Positions 51,071 to 63,535 of a DNA stretch of 64,000 bases are shown here, piece after piece. The position numbers were made by a program, and so were the translations under genes. The stretch's first letter is position 1; every line of letters starts with the position of its first letter. Below the pieces are notes generated by a model, which saw only the letters and a list, made by a program, of their open reading frames with translations, searched no databases and was not told the DNA's origin. Source of the stretch: Planctomycetota bacterium (GTDB taxonomy: Bacteria > Planctomycetota > PLA2 > JAEUHO01); the NCBI GenBank assembly GCA_050248855.1, contig JBFWRP010000009.1, positions 1 through 64,000 of the forward strand, in the 5' to 3' direction.

Positions 51071-51631
51071 ATGGAATCGAACACCCTGTACGTAGGGAAC
51101 TTGCCGTACCAAGCCCAGGAAGAGGAGATCGAGCGCGTCTTCTCCGTTGCCGGCACCGTGACGCGCGTGAAGATCGTGATGGACCGAGACACCGGTCGCC
51201 CGCGCGGCTTCGCCTTCGTCGAGATGGCGACGCCCGAAGAAGCCAAGGCTGCCCAGGAGCAGCTGGACGGCCACGAGATCGGTGGTCGACGCATCCGCGT
51301 CGACATCGCCCGCCCGCGTGAGCCGCGTGGCGGTGGTGGCGGTGGCTACGGCGGTGGTGGCGGTGGCTACGGTGGTGGCGGCGGCGGAGGTCGCGGCGGC
51401 GGTGGCGGCTACGGCGGTGGCGGCGGCGGTGGTCGCGGCGGCCGCGGCGGCGGTGGCGGCGGTGGCGGCCACGGCAGCAGCGGTGGTGGCGGCGGCAGCA
51501 GTGGCGGCTTCGGTGGCGGCGGCGGTGGCTTCGGCGGTCCGCCCCCCAGCGACGGCGGCTTCGGAGGTCGGGATGACCGCCGTCGTCGTCCGCGTCGCCA
51601 CGACGACGAGCGCGAAGAGCGCTGGTCCTGA
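51071..51631 (+). CDS. RRM RNA-binding protein with Gly-rich tail
   Basis: LYVGNL (RNP2), RGFAFVEM (RNP1), GGY/RGG tail. Confidence 0.95.
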   Translation: MESNTLYVGNLPYQAQEEEIERVFSVAGTVTRVKIVMDRDTGRPRGFAFVEMATPEEAKAAQEQLDGHEIGGRRIRVDIARPREPRGGGGGGYGGGGGGYGGGGGGGRGGGGGYGGGGGGGRGGRGGGGGGGGHGSSGGGGGSSGGFGGGGGGFGGPPPSDGGFGGRDDRRRRPRRHDDEREERWS

Positions 51632-51722
51632 GAGCCGACGACGGAAGCGGAACGCACGTCGCGCTCCGATCCTGCGGCCCGGTGCGCTGTCGGCGCGCCG
51701 GGCCGCGTCGTTTCGAGGCGAG

Positions 51723-52430
51723 CTACCCGGCGCCGAACAGGCCCGGCGTGATGCGCTCCAGGTAGTTCCCCCCCACCGTGAGCCGTTCGAGCCACGTCTC
51801 CGGCCACGCGTAGCGCACCACGACGGCCGAGAGCCCCAACAGCCAGCCGACGGCGAGCACGTTGGGGACACGCGCGAAGATCCAGCAGGAGACCACGCCC
51901 ACGACCGTCGTCATGCCCATCAGCGGCAGGTTGGGTGCATGGGCGGCGCCGAAGAAGAGGCCCGCCACGAGAGCCGCGGGCAGCGCACCTCCGAGGGCTT
52001 GGTGCAGGCGACGGAAGAGGAAGCCGCAGAGCAGCAGCTGCTGTACGGGTCCGTACAGCAGGTAGCGCGCCACGCGCTTCATCACCCGGTCGGGCGCGTC
52101 CAGGTGCCACGTCCCCATCGCAAGCCCGACGGCGGCCACGATCCCCAGGAGGAGCAGCGCGACGGGCGCCACCGCGCGTAGCGACGCCCCCAGGTTGTCC
52201 ACGCGCACGCCCATCGCCCGGGTCCCATCGCCGTGCCAACGCGCGAGCGCGATGGGCACGACGAAAATGCCCACGAAGAAGACCGGACCGACCCAGCCCG
52301 GCACGCGATGGCTGGGTAGGGCAAGGTGCGTGTACGCGAGGATCGCCGCCGTCACGAGGGCTGCCTCTGCCACGAGCACCGCGCCCCACGCGGGCGGCGC
52401 AGGCCACGCCGTCCGTCCGGCCCCGCTCAC
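51723..52430 (-). CDS. CPBP/Abi-like intramembrane protein
   Basis: GPVQQLLLCGFL, FGAAHAPN; GTGA overlap with the kinase stop. Confidence 0.7.
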   Translation of the reverse strand: MSGAGRTAWPAPPAWGAVLVAEAALVTAAILAYTHLALPSHRVPGWVGPVFFVGIFVVPIALARWHGDGTRAMGVRVDNLGASLRAVAPVALLLLGIVAAVGLAMGTWHLDAPDRVMKRVARYLLYGPVQQLLLCGFLFRRLHQALGGALPAALVAGLFFGAAHAPNLPLMGMTTVVGVVSCWIFARVPNVLAVGWLLGLSAVVVRYAWPETWLERLTVGGNYLERITPGLFGAG

Positions 52431-55400
52431 GAGCGCGTGCCCCGACCGTCGCCCGGACGCACGGCTTCGTGCACGGCCTTCACCAACGGGACCTTGGCGC
52501 GCATGCGGCGTCGGTCGTCCGGATCGACGCCGGCCTCGATGCGCGCCAGGGCCTCGCGGGCCGCGCGCGCGTGACGCGCATCCCCCGTGCTCGTGGCGAG
52601 GTCATGGCGGAGCATCATGCGCGCCCATACGCTCAAGCGCTCGCCATGCTCGTCGAGCCGCGCGGCCAGCTCGTCCACGCCTTCCGTGACCAGCGGCACG
52701 CGGAACACGCGGCCCATGAGCTCGGCGTTCTCGCGACGGCTGGCCGCCGCGGCTTCCACGACATGGTCCAGCAGCGCGCGCGCCTCGTCGGACGCGCCGC
52801 GCTCGCGGAGGCACCGTCCGAGGTAGCTGGCGTAGTCCAGCCCCTCCGGCTCCGCGCCGAGCGCGCGAAGCCCGTCCAGCGCCTCGCGAAAGCCGCTCTC
52901 GGCACCCTCCGCATCGCCCATCGCCTCGGACCACTGCGCGTGGAACCCGCGCGCGTGCGCCAGGAAGCGCTCTTCGTGCAGCAGCTCGAACAGCATCATG
53001 GCCTTGAGCAGCCGCGCCTCGGCCTCGTCGAACAAGCCGAGGTGCAGGCACGTGAGCCCCGTATTGAGTGTCGCGATGCCCTCGCTGCGTCGGTCCTGCA
53101 CCTCGCGGGCGATGTGACGCTGCCGCTCGGTGGCATCGAGCGCGCGACGCAGCGCGCCCTCGTCCTTGTGCAGGTTGCCGAGGTTGCCGACGATGCTGCC
53201 TTCGCTACGACGGTCGCCGCTGGCGCGTGCCAGGCGCAGGGCCTGCTCGAGGTGGCCGATCGCCCGGTCGCGTCGGCCCACGCTACGCCACGACACGGCC
53301 AGGCTGTTGTGGGCCGATGCCGCCAGCGTCGCAAGGCCGTGGTCGGTGGCCAGGGCCAGCGCGCGCTCGTACGTTTCACGCGCCTCGGCCGCACGGCCCG
53401 CCAAGTGCTCCAGGAGGCCGAGGTTGGTGAGCGCGCGGGCTTCACCGGCCACGTCGCTGGCGGACGCCGCCAAGCGGCGATGCGCCTCGTGCTGCTCACG
53501 CGCGCGCGCGAAGTCGCCCTTGCGCCAGGCGATGGTGCCGAGCGCACCATGCGCCAGGCCTTCCTCGCGGGCGTCGCCGGCCGCAGCGAGGTACCGCACG
53601 GCCTCCGCGAGCCTGGCCTCGGCCTCTTCGTAGAGCCCCGGCCCGATCAGGGCCTCCCCCATGAGGCGAAGCACCCTCCCGCGCGCGACCGCGCCCGCGT
53701 CGCCGTCCTCGACGTCGTCGCTCGTCAGCAGGAGCGCCTCGTCGAGCAGACGTCCCAAGTCTTCGCGGCGTCCCAGCAACGCCAGCAGGCGCGCGGCCTC
53801 GACGAGCACCTGCAGACGCGGCAGCCCGCGCAGCACACCGGGCGCCTCCAACGCGCGACGCGCCAGCTGCACGGCGGCATCCGGACGCTGCTCCGCCACG
53901 TGGTGGGCGAGGGCGGGGCTGACCAAGTCGGCCGCCTCGCGTCCGCGCCCGGCTTCGAAGGCGTGATGGCAGAGCGCAGCGCGAACCGGCCCGGGCAGGC
54001 CCTCGGCGCCGCGGTTGTCGAGGTCGTGCTCGGCGGCGAGCGCGTCGAACAAGACCGCGTGGTACTCGGCACGCAGCGCTTCGGGCAGGGCTTCGTACAC
54101 GACGTCGCGCAGCGTGGGGTGGTCGAACGCGAAGCGCTTGCCGACGCTGCGGACCAGGCGACGGTCGCTCTCCAGACGTGCCAGCCGGCGCAGGACGGGC
54201 AAGCGCCCCAGGCCCAGCGCTGCACCGACCAAGGTGGCGTCGAACTCGAGCCCGCAGCACGCGGCCACGTCGAGCAGATCGCGATCCTCGCTCTCGAGAC
54301 CGTGCAGGTGGGCCCGCACCAAGTCGCTGATGCCGCTGGGCAGCGGCACGTCGTGGAGCGGCCGCGTGGCGCGCCAGGTTCCGTCCGTGCGCCGCTCGAG
54401 CACGCGCGTCTCGCGCAGCGCCCGCACGACCTCGAGCACGAACAGCGGGTTGCCCTCGCTGCGGCGCGTCACCGGTCGTGCGAGATCGTGGGCCAGCGCT
54501 TCGCTGCCGAGGGCGGCCTGCAGGAGGGCCTCGACGCCGGCGCGGTCCAGGCGCGGCAGGTCGAGCGTCGTCACGTGGCCCAGGCGCTTGAGATCGGCCA
54601 CCCACGCCGGAGCCAGATGACCACGATGCGTCCCGACCAGCAGCAGGGGCAGGTCCGCAGCCACCGCAGCGAGCGCGGCGAACAACGCGCGTCCCTCGGA
54701 CGGGGCGTCCTCCAAGCCGTCGACCGCGAGCACCGCGGGGCCTTCCGCCGCGAGCGAACGCACGACCTCCAGCAGCGCCGCCCGCAGCACGTCGGGCGCG
54801 AGGAGCTCCGGACGGGCACCCGCGACCGCGTCCTCCCCGCGCCCGAGGCTCGCCGCGAGCTCGGCGGCCAGGCCCTGCATGGCGCCCAGGCGGGCGGCGA
54901 CGTCGCGCTCGAGCCCGGGGCCCGAGAGGTGCTGGCGTAGCGCATCGAGGAACGCGTCGTACGCGGTGGCGGCCTCACCGGGCGGCCAGGCGCCGGCGAG
55001 CAGGCGAACGCTCGGGTCCGCCGCGTGCACCGAGCGGAGGAAGGCGTCGAGCAGCCGGGTCTTGCCGATACCGGCTTCGCCCCCGACCAGCACGACGCGC
55101 CCGTGGCCGCCATGCGTTGCCAACAGGGCCCTGCCCAGCTCGACCAACGCCTCGTCGCGGCCGACCAACGCCGTCTCGCGCGCCACGCGCAGACGCGGCA
55201 GGCGCACGGCGCTGCGCGCGCGCATCGCCTCCTCGCGGGCCTGCCACCACGGGTCGTCCTCGCCCGCCTCGAGGACGCGGGCGAGCACGCCGGCATCGTC
55301 GAAGCGTCCGTCCGGGTCCTTCGCCAGCAGCGTGGCCACGACCTCGTCGAACCACGGCGAGACGTCGGGCACGCTGGCGCTGGGCGGCGCCGCCGTCTCG

Positions 55401-56128
55401 TCCAGCTGGCGACGGATGACGGCCGCGAGGCTCGGTGCCTCGAAGGGGTGGTGGCCCACCACGAGCTCGTGCAGCAGGAGGCCCAGGGCGTACAGGTCGG
55501 CGCGCCCGTCCAGGCGCTCTTCCCCCGCCAGCTGCTCGGGCGCCGCGTAGAGGATCGAGCCCACGAACTGCCCCGTCTCGCTGAGGCGCGTGCTGCCCGC
55601 GCCGTGCCAGCGGGCCACGCCGAGATCGAGCAGGCGCACGCGCTCGTCGGGCGTCAACAGGACGTTGCCGGGCTTCACGTCGCGGTGCACGAGGCCGGCC
55701 TCGTGGATGGCGGCAAGCGCGCGGGCCACCTCGCGGCCCACGTGCCGCGCCAACCCCTCGGGCACCCGCCCCAGGTCCCCCACGAGGTCGGAGAGCGGCG
55801 TCCCCTCGACGAGCTCCATCACGAGGTACGGCCGCAAGGCGCCGCCGTCGTCGGCGTGGCCGACGTCGAGCACGCGGACCACGTTCGGGTGGTGCACCGC
55901 CAGGCCCGCCCGGGCCTCGCGCTCGAAGCGCTCGACGAACGAGGCCTCCTCGGCGAGGTGCGGGTGCAGGACCTTCACGGCGACGCGCGAGCCCACCGGC
56001 GGGGCCGTCGGTGCGCCCTCGACCACGGTGGCCGCGTGCACGGTGCCCATCCCGCCGCGGCCGAGCACGGCGTCGAGGCGGTAGGGCCCGATCTTCCGGC
56101 CTCCGCTGCCCGCCTCCGTGCCCGCCAT
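52427..56128 (-). CDS. Ser/Thr kinase-AAA ATPase-TPR protein
   Basis: GRGGMG, HRDVKPGN, DLG, YAAPE; GEAGIGKT; GNPLF; C-terminal TPRs. Confidence 0.92.
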   Translation of the reverse strand: MAGTEAGSGGRKIGPYRLDAVLGRGGMGTVHAATVVEGAPTAPPVGSRVAVKVLHPHLAEEASFVERFEREARAGLAVHHPNVVRVLDVGHADDGGALRPYLVMELVEGTPLSDLVGDLGRVPEGLARHVGREVARALAAIHEAGLVHRDVKPGNVLLTPDERVRLLDLGVARWHGAGSTRLSETGQFVGSILYAAPEQLAGEERLDGRADLYALGLLLHELVVGHHPFEAPSLAAVIRRQLDETAAPPSASVPDVSPWFDEVVATLLAKDPDGRFDDAGVLARVLEAGEDDPWWQAREEAMRARSAVRLPRLRVARETALVGRDEALVELGRALLATHGGHGRVVLVGGEAGIGKTRLLDAFLRSVHAADPSVRLLAGAWPPGEAATAYDAFLDALRQHLSGPGLERDVAARLGAMQGLAAELAASLGRGEDAVAGARPELLAPDVLRAALLEVVRSLAAEGPAVLAVDGLEDAPSEGRALFAALAAVAADLPLLLVGTHRGHLAPAWVADLKRLGHVTTLDLPRLDRAGVEALLQAALGSEALAHDLARPVTRRSEGNPLFVLEVVRALRETRVLERRTDGTWRATRPLHDVPLPSGISDLVRAHLHGLESEDRDLLDVAACCGLEFDATLVGAALGLGRLPVLRRLARLESDRRLVRSVGKRFAFDHPTLRDVVYEALPEALRAEYHAVLFDALAAEHDLDNRGAEGLPGPVRAALCHHAFEAGRGREAADLVSPALAHHVAEQRPDAAVQLARRALEAPGVLRGLPRLQVLVEAARLLALLGRREDLGRLLDEALLLTSDDVEDGDAGAVARGRVLRLMGEALIGPGLYEEAEARLAEAVRYLAAAGDAREEGLAHGALGTIAWRKGDFARAREQHEAHRRLAASASDVAGEARALTNLGLLEHLAGRAAEARETYERALALATDHGLATLAASAHNSLAVSWRSVGRRDRAIGHLEQALRLARASGDRRSEGSIVGNLGNLHKDEGALRRALDATERQRHIAREVQDRRSEGIATLNTGLTCLHLGLFDEAEARLLKAMMLFELLHEERFLAHARGFHAQWSEAMGDAEGAESGFREALDGLRALGAEPEGLDYASYLGRCLRERGASDEARALLDHVVEAAAASRRENAELMGRVFRVPLVTEGVDELAARLDEHGERLSVWARMMLRHDLATSTGDARHARAAREALARIEAGVDPDDRRRMRAKVPLVKAVHEAVRPGDGRGTRS

Positions 56129-56271
56129 GGCGTCCTCCGCGATCCGCAGAGGGTAGCGCTGCCGCGCAGGGATCCACATCGGGACCGATGCCTCACGCGC
56201 CAGGACCGGACGGGGACTGCCTTGCCGTCGCCTGCGCTACCCTGAGCGGCCCGCGGAGGACGATTGAGCCC

Positions 56272-59043
56272 ATGTCTTGGCGCCGCTCCTGGCTTCTGGC
56301 CCCCCTGTTCGCCGTCGCCCTCGCCGCCCCGTGGTGGGCGTTGCCCCAGCTCGCGCGCGGGGGTCATGGCGACGAGGACTCGCACTACGTCCAGCGGCTG
56401 CGCCCCGGACGCTGCCTCTGCGACGAGGGCCAGGGCACGTGGGAGTACCTGCGGAGCCCCTTGCGTCCCCCGGCGGACCCGCCCTGGTGCGGCCTGCTGC
56501 TGGCCAAGGGCGACTGCGGCAGCAAGGACCGCCCCAAGAACACGCCTGGCCCGTGCTGGCAGAGCCAGAAGGAAGAGTGCTTCTGGAAGCGCCACGCCTA
56601 CAGCTGGAAGATCCACTGCAGCCAGTGCTTCGAGGAATCGGAGTGCGACTCGTGCGACGGGCTCATCGGCAAGCCCGACCCCAAGATCAGCGAGATGCTG
56701 AAGCGGCAGCTCGGGATCGAGGGCCACGACGAGCGCAAGAACAAGCTGTGGATCGCCGTCTCCCCGCACTTCTACGTGGTCACCGACATCGACCGCAAGA
56801 TGAAGGTCGGCACGAAGGGCGGCGCGCCCCGCCTGGCCACCGGGCACGAGGTGGCGCACCTCTTCGCCGAGCGCTGCGAGCGCGCCTACAACGACTTCCA
56901 GCACTGGTTCAAGGGCGGTCTGCAGGCGCCCAAGGTGATGGGCGTCTACCTCATGACGAAGCAGCGCGCGGCGGAGACGTACGCCGAACGGTACCTGGGC
57001 AGCGCGCGCACCGACATGCTGTACGGCGGGGGTGACACCAAGATCGGCGGCGGCTTCTGCGGCAACGGCTTCGTGGGCTCCTTGCAGGAGAACCGCGACG
57101 ACCAGGACCTGCACGCCTACTGCCGCCACATGATCGGCCACATCCTCTTCTCCTGCTGGCGCAAGGTCACCGGTGAGGAGAAGTACTGTCCGAAGTGGGC
57201 GTTCATCGGCGCGGCCCACTTCCTCGAGAAGATGCTCGAGCCCCACGAGGACTACGCGACCTTCTGCAGCGACGAGGCCACGGCGCCAGGGGGCTCGGGC
57301 AAGGACTGGATGAAGAAGGCCCGCGGGCTGGCGAGCAAGCGCATCGACCCGATCCAGACCTTCTTCGGTCGCAACTCGCTGGCGGACTTCGGCTACGAAG
57401 ACCACATCCGCGCGTGGTCCTTGATGAAGCTGGGCCTGGAAGAAGACCAGGACCGGTTCCTGCAGATGTTGGCCCTGCTGCGCTACGGCAACGAAGAGGG
57501 ATACGCGATCCAGGAGTCCATGGGCATCACGCCCGATACCTTCCAGGAGCGGTGGGCGGACCGGTTGACCGGCAAGCGGCCGACGCTTGGCGAGATCAAG
57601 AAGGACGCCAAGGACGACGAGGACGTCGGCCGACGCGAACGCGAACGCATCCAGACCACCGAAGAGGCGGACGTGCTGGCGGGGCTCGTGCGCGGCCTCC
57701 ACGAGATCAAGGACGTCAAGACCCTCGCCGTGGTGGTGGACCGCCTGGACCACCCGTCGGACCTGGTGCGCGAGGCCATCCATCTCGTGCTCGCGCGCAG
57801 CACCGATCACGCCGTCCTGGAATGGCTGCGCACGGAGGGCCTCCAGCACAAGGGCAAGATGGCGCGGGCCATCGTGGCCCGGGCCTTGGGCTCCATGCGC
57901 GACGAGCTGGCCCGCGTGCCCTTGGAGGAGCTGCTGAAGGACGACTTCTGGCTGGCGCGCGCCAACGCGGCGACGGCCCTCCAGCGCATCGCCAAGCCGG
58001 AGAGCTTGCCGGCCCTTGTCGCGGCCATGGACGACGGCCAGCCGAAGGCGTGGATGGCCATCACGGATGCCGTGGCCTCGTTCAAACAGCGCTCCGTCGA
58101 GGCGACGCTCAAGGCGATGAACGGCTTGGACGACAACGCCTGGCAGGTTCGCGTCACGGCCTGCCAGGCACTCGCCGAAGTCGGCACCCAGGAGTGCATG
58201 GACAAGCTCATCGAGCGCTTCGAGCTGGAGAAGGGGCGGCTCGAGCGGGAGATGCGGCGCGCCCTCAAGAGCGTGGCCAACGACGACCTGGGCGCGGACC
58301 CCGACACGTGGAAGAAGTGGTGGGAGCAGCAGAAGGCGCGCTTCGGCGGCTTCAACCCCAACGAGCCGCCCAAGGTGACCAACCCGGACGACGACCGCTA
58401 CGGCAAGCAAGAGCCCCCGAAGGAGGACGAGCCGCACTACTACGGGCGGCAGATCTACTCGCGCGGCGTCGGCTTCGTGTTCGACACGAGTGGGTCGATG
58501 GACAAGAACATCGTGATCGCCGCCGGGTCGCGGACGGGCCTCGGCGACATCCCGGCTACCGGCACGCGCATGGAGATCGCCCGCGAGGTCCTGGCCACGG
58601 CGCTCAAGAAGCTGAACCCCCAGACCCGGTTCAACCTCGTCCTCTTCAGCAGCACGGTGCGGCCCTGGAAGAAGCAGATGGTGCCGGCCTCGCCGTCCAA
58701 CACGTCGTCGGCGGCCAACGCCGTGCTCAATGCACCGGCCGAGGGCGAGACCAACATCCACGGGGCACTCAAGGCCGCACTCGGCCTGCACGAGAAGCCC
58801 AGCCTCGAGGCGACGCTCGAGGACATCCCGGACACGGTCTACTTCCTGACCGACGGCTCCCCGACCGAGGGCGAGATCACGTCCACGCCCGAGCTCCTTG
58901 CCTGGTTCGAGGACATCAACCGCTTCGGCAAGGTCCAGCTGAACGTCATCGCCTTCGGCAACCTGGGGGTGGACCTCACGTTCCTGCAGGCCCTGGCCCG
59001 CGTGGGCAGCGGCGACTTCATCCACGTGCCCGAAGAACGCTGA
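56272..59043 (+). CDS. Secreted Cys-rich/HEAT-repeat/vWA domain protein
   Basis: Signal peptide; HEAT-like repeats; MIDAS DTSGSM, GETN, FLTDGSP. Confidence 0.85.
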   Translation: MSWRRSWLLAPLFAVALAAPWWALPQLARGGHGDEDSHYVQRLRPGRCLCDEGQGTWEYLRSPLRPPADPPWCGLLLAKGDCGSKDRPKNTPGPCWQSQKEECFWKRHAYSWKIHCSQCFEESECDSCDGLIGKPDPKISEMLKRQLGIEGHDERKNKLWIAVSPHFYVVTDIDRKMKVGTKGGAPRLATGHEVAHLFAERCERAYNDFQHWFKGGLQAPKVMGVYLMTKQRAAETYAERYLGSARTDMLYGGGDTKIGGGFCGNGFVGSLQENRDDQDLHAYCRHMIGHILFSCWRKVTGEEKYCPKWAFIGAAHFLEKMLEPHEDYATFCSDEATAPGGSGKDWMKKARGLASKRIDPIQTFFGRNSLADFGYEDHIRAWSLMKLGLEEDQDRFLQMLALLRYGNEEGYAIQESMGITPDTFQERWADRLTGKRPTLGEIKKDAKDDEDVGRRERERIQTTEEADVLAGLVRGLHEIKDVKTLAVVVDRLDHPSDLVREAIHLVLARSTDHAVLEWLRTEGLQHKGKMARAIVARALGSMRDELARVPLEELLKDDFWLARANAATALQRIAKPESLPALVAAMDDGQPKAWMAITDAVASFKQRSVEATLKAMNGLDDNAWQVRVTACQALAEVGTQECMDKLIERFELEKGRLEREMRRALKSVANDDLGADPDTWKKWWEQQKARFGGFNPNEPPKVTNPDDDRYGKQEPPKEDEPHYYGRQIYSRGVGFVFDTSGSMDKNIVIAAGSRTGLGDIPATGTRMEIAREVLATALKKLNPQTRFNLVLFSSTVRPWKKQMVPASPSNTSSAANAVLNAPAEGETNIHGALKAALGLHEKPSLEATLEDIPDTVYFLTDGSPTEGEITSTPELLAWFEDINRFGKVQLNVIAFGNLGVDLTFLQALARVGSGDFIHVPEER

Positions 59044-59090
59044 ACCAACGCCCCTGCGGAGGGCCTCGGCGTCGGTAGACTCCCCCGACG

Positions 59091-61667
<2,577 letters not shown>

Positions 61668-61746
61668 GTGCCTGAAGCCCTGTTGTCAGGGCTCCGAGTA
61701 CCTCACCCCGGAATTCCGGGGTGGCACTTGACGCCCCCTGGCGGCA

Positions 61747-61778
61747 AGATCTACATATGTAGATCTACAGCCGTAGAT
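61747..61778. promoter_or_regulatory. Tandem BlaI/CopY-type operators (TACA-NN-TGTA)
   Basis: Perfect palindrome AGATCTACATATGTAGATCT (61747-66) plus ATCTACAGCCGTAGAT (61763-78); -35-like TTGACG at 61728. Confidence 0.85.
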
Positions 61779-61788
61779 GGGAGGCGCC

Positions 61789-62169
61789 ATGGCGGGCACG
61801 CTGAGCGACCTGCAGATCGAGGTGCTGAGGACGCTCTGGGAGCACGGCGAAGGGACGGTCGCCGACGTGCAGCAGCGCCTCAAGCCGCACCGCGACCTGG
61901 CCACCACGACCGTGGCCACGCTGCTGGCCCGCCTCGTCCGCCGCGGGGCCGTCGCACGCCGCCGGGGTGATGGGCGCACCTACCTGTATCGCGCCGCCGT
62001 CGAAGAGGACGAGGTGCGCCGCTCCATGGTTGGCGCCCTCATGGACCGCCTGTTCGCCGGCGACCCGGCCGCGCTCGTCCACCACCTGGTGGAAGACCAG
62101 GACCTCGACGAGGCCACGCGCAAACGACTCCTCGCGCGCCTGCGTCGCGAGAGCGAGGGGGGTGCCTGA
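61789..62169 (+). CDS. BlaI/MecI/CopY family repressor
   Basis: LSDLQIEVLRTLW, LATTTVATLLARL, YLYRA, DRLFAG. Confidence 0.93.
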   Translation: MAGTLSDLQIEVLRTLWEHGEGTVADVQQRLKPHRDLATTTVATLLARLVRRGAVARRRGDGRTYLYRAAVEEDEVRRSMVGALMDRLFAGDPAALVHHLVEDQDLDEATRKRLLARLRRESEGGA

Positions 62170-63509
62170 TGTCGTGGCTGCCTGCCCTCCCCGATGCGCT
62201 GACCGCTTGGCTGGCGACGTGGTGGCTGCACGCCACGGTCCTGGCGTCGGGGGGCTGGCTCGTGCTGCGACACGCACGCGAGCTGTCGCCGCGCGTCGAG
62301 CAGGCGCTCGTGGTGTTCGTGCTCGTCGCGCCGTGGCTCACGGCCTCGATGGCTGCGGGCGCGCAGGTGGCCGACGAGGCCCCCGCTTCCGTGCCTGTCG
62401 CGAGCGAGGGTGCGCTCGCCCCGCCTGTGCTGGCGGAGCGCCCGGTGAAGGGTGCAAGCCCACGACCGACCCCCAGGACCTCGCGCACGTTCGAAGCGGC
62501 ACCCTCGTCGCCCGTTCCCCGCATCGCGCCGGAAGCCGCGGCGGCTCCGACCGCGACGCGCACGCGGCCCTTGGCCCCGGCCGCGGCAGCCGCGATCCTG
62601 CGCGCCCTCCTCGGCGCCTCGGGGCTCGTCGTGCTCGTCGGCATCGTGCGCGACCGGCGCGCAGCACGCGCGCTCCGTGCCCTGGACCACCAGCCGCTGG
62701 ACGAGCCGCTGGCCACGTTGGCCCACGGGCTCGTCGCCCGTGTGGGCGGCGCCGCCCACCGCGTCCGCTGGGCCCAGACGGACGACCTGCCCACGCCCCT
62801 CACCCACGGCGTGCGCATGCCGCTCGTGCTGGTGCCGCGGCGCGCGGCGGAGCTGCCGTCGGACGAGCAGCTGGCCCTGCTGGCGCACGAGCTGGCCCAC
62901 GTCGTGCGGCGCGATGCGCTCCGCGCGCACCTCGTGCGCGCGGCGGCACGACTCGCGCTCCTCGTCCCCTTCGCAAGCGCCGTGGCGCGGCGTTGGTCGC
63001 CGGCCGTCGAGCGGGCTGCCGACGACGTGGCTGCCGCATGGACCGGCAACCGCCGCGCGTTGGCCTCGTGCCTGGTCCGCGTCAGCGGCTGGCACGACGC
63101 ACGGCGCATGCCCCTGGCGGCGACCGCCATGGCCGATCGACCGCCGCACCTGCAGGTGCGCGTGGAGCGCCTGCTCGCTTCGCCCGTGCGCGGAGCCGGT
63201 GCGCTGACGGTGCTGATCCTCGTATCGGCCGGCGCCGGGCTGGGCACCGTCGCCTTCGCCGCGGCGCCCACCGCACGACCCGCCTCCTTGACGCCGGACG
63301 CGACGACGATCTCGGACGAGCCGAGCACGGCCGCGCTTGGCGACCCACTCGAGTCCGAGCTGTCGGCCCTGGACACCGAGCTCGACGAGCTTCTGTCCCT
63401 GGCCCGACGCGCTCGCCCCAACCCGCATCTCGACGCCGCTCTCGATCGCCTCGCCGCCCGTCGACATGCGCTGCGTCAGGCGGCCGATGACGCGCGATCT
63501 TCACGCTGA
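62169..63509 (+). CDS. M56 family (BlaR1-like) metallopeptidase
   Basis: TMs; TPLTHG..P, LAHELAHV.R.D, ERAADD. Confidence 0.88.
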   Translation: MSWLPALPDALTAWLATWWLHATVLASGGWLVLRHARELSPRVEQALVVFVLVAPWLTASMAAGAQVADEAPASVPVASEGALAPPVLAERPVKGASPRPTPRTSRTFEAAPSSPVPRIAPEAAAAPTATRTRPLAPAAAAAILRALLGASGLVVLVGIVRDRRAARALRALDHQPLDEPLATLAHGLVARVGGAAHRVRWAQTDDLPTPLTHGVRMPLVLVPRRAAELPSDEQLALLAHELAHVVRRDALRAHLVRAAARLALLVPFASAVARRWSPAVERAADDVAAAWTGNRRALASCLVRVSGWHDARRMPLAATAMADRPPHLQVRVERLLASPVRGAGALTVLILVSAGAGLGTVAFAAAPTARPASLTPDATTISDEPSTAALGDPLESELSALDTELDELLSLARRARPNPHLDAALDRLAARRHALRQAADDARSSR

Positions 63510-63535
63510 GCTCCAGGGCAAGTCAGGAGAGTCCC

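Noticed and set aside
51325..51540. GGY-rich repeats as CRISPR or ncRNA
   Set aside because: Gly codons of the RRM protein tail; no repeat-spacer structure. No CRISPR array was seen anywhere in the window.
62169..63509. Beta-lactam resistance locus
   Set aside because: No beta-lactamase or PBP sensor domain is visible; BlaI/M56 pairs are widespread with other roles.
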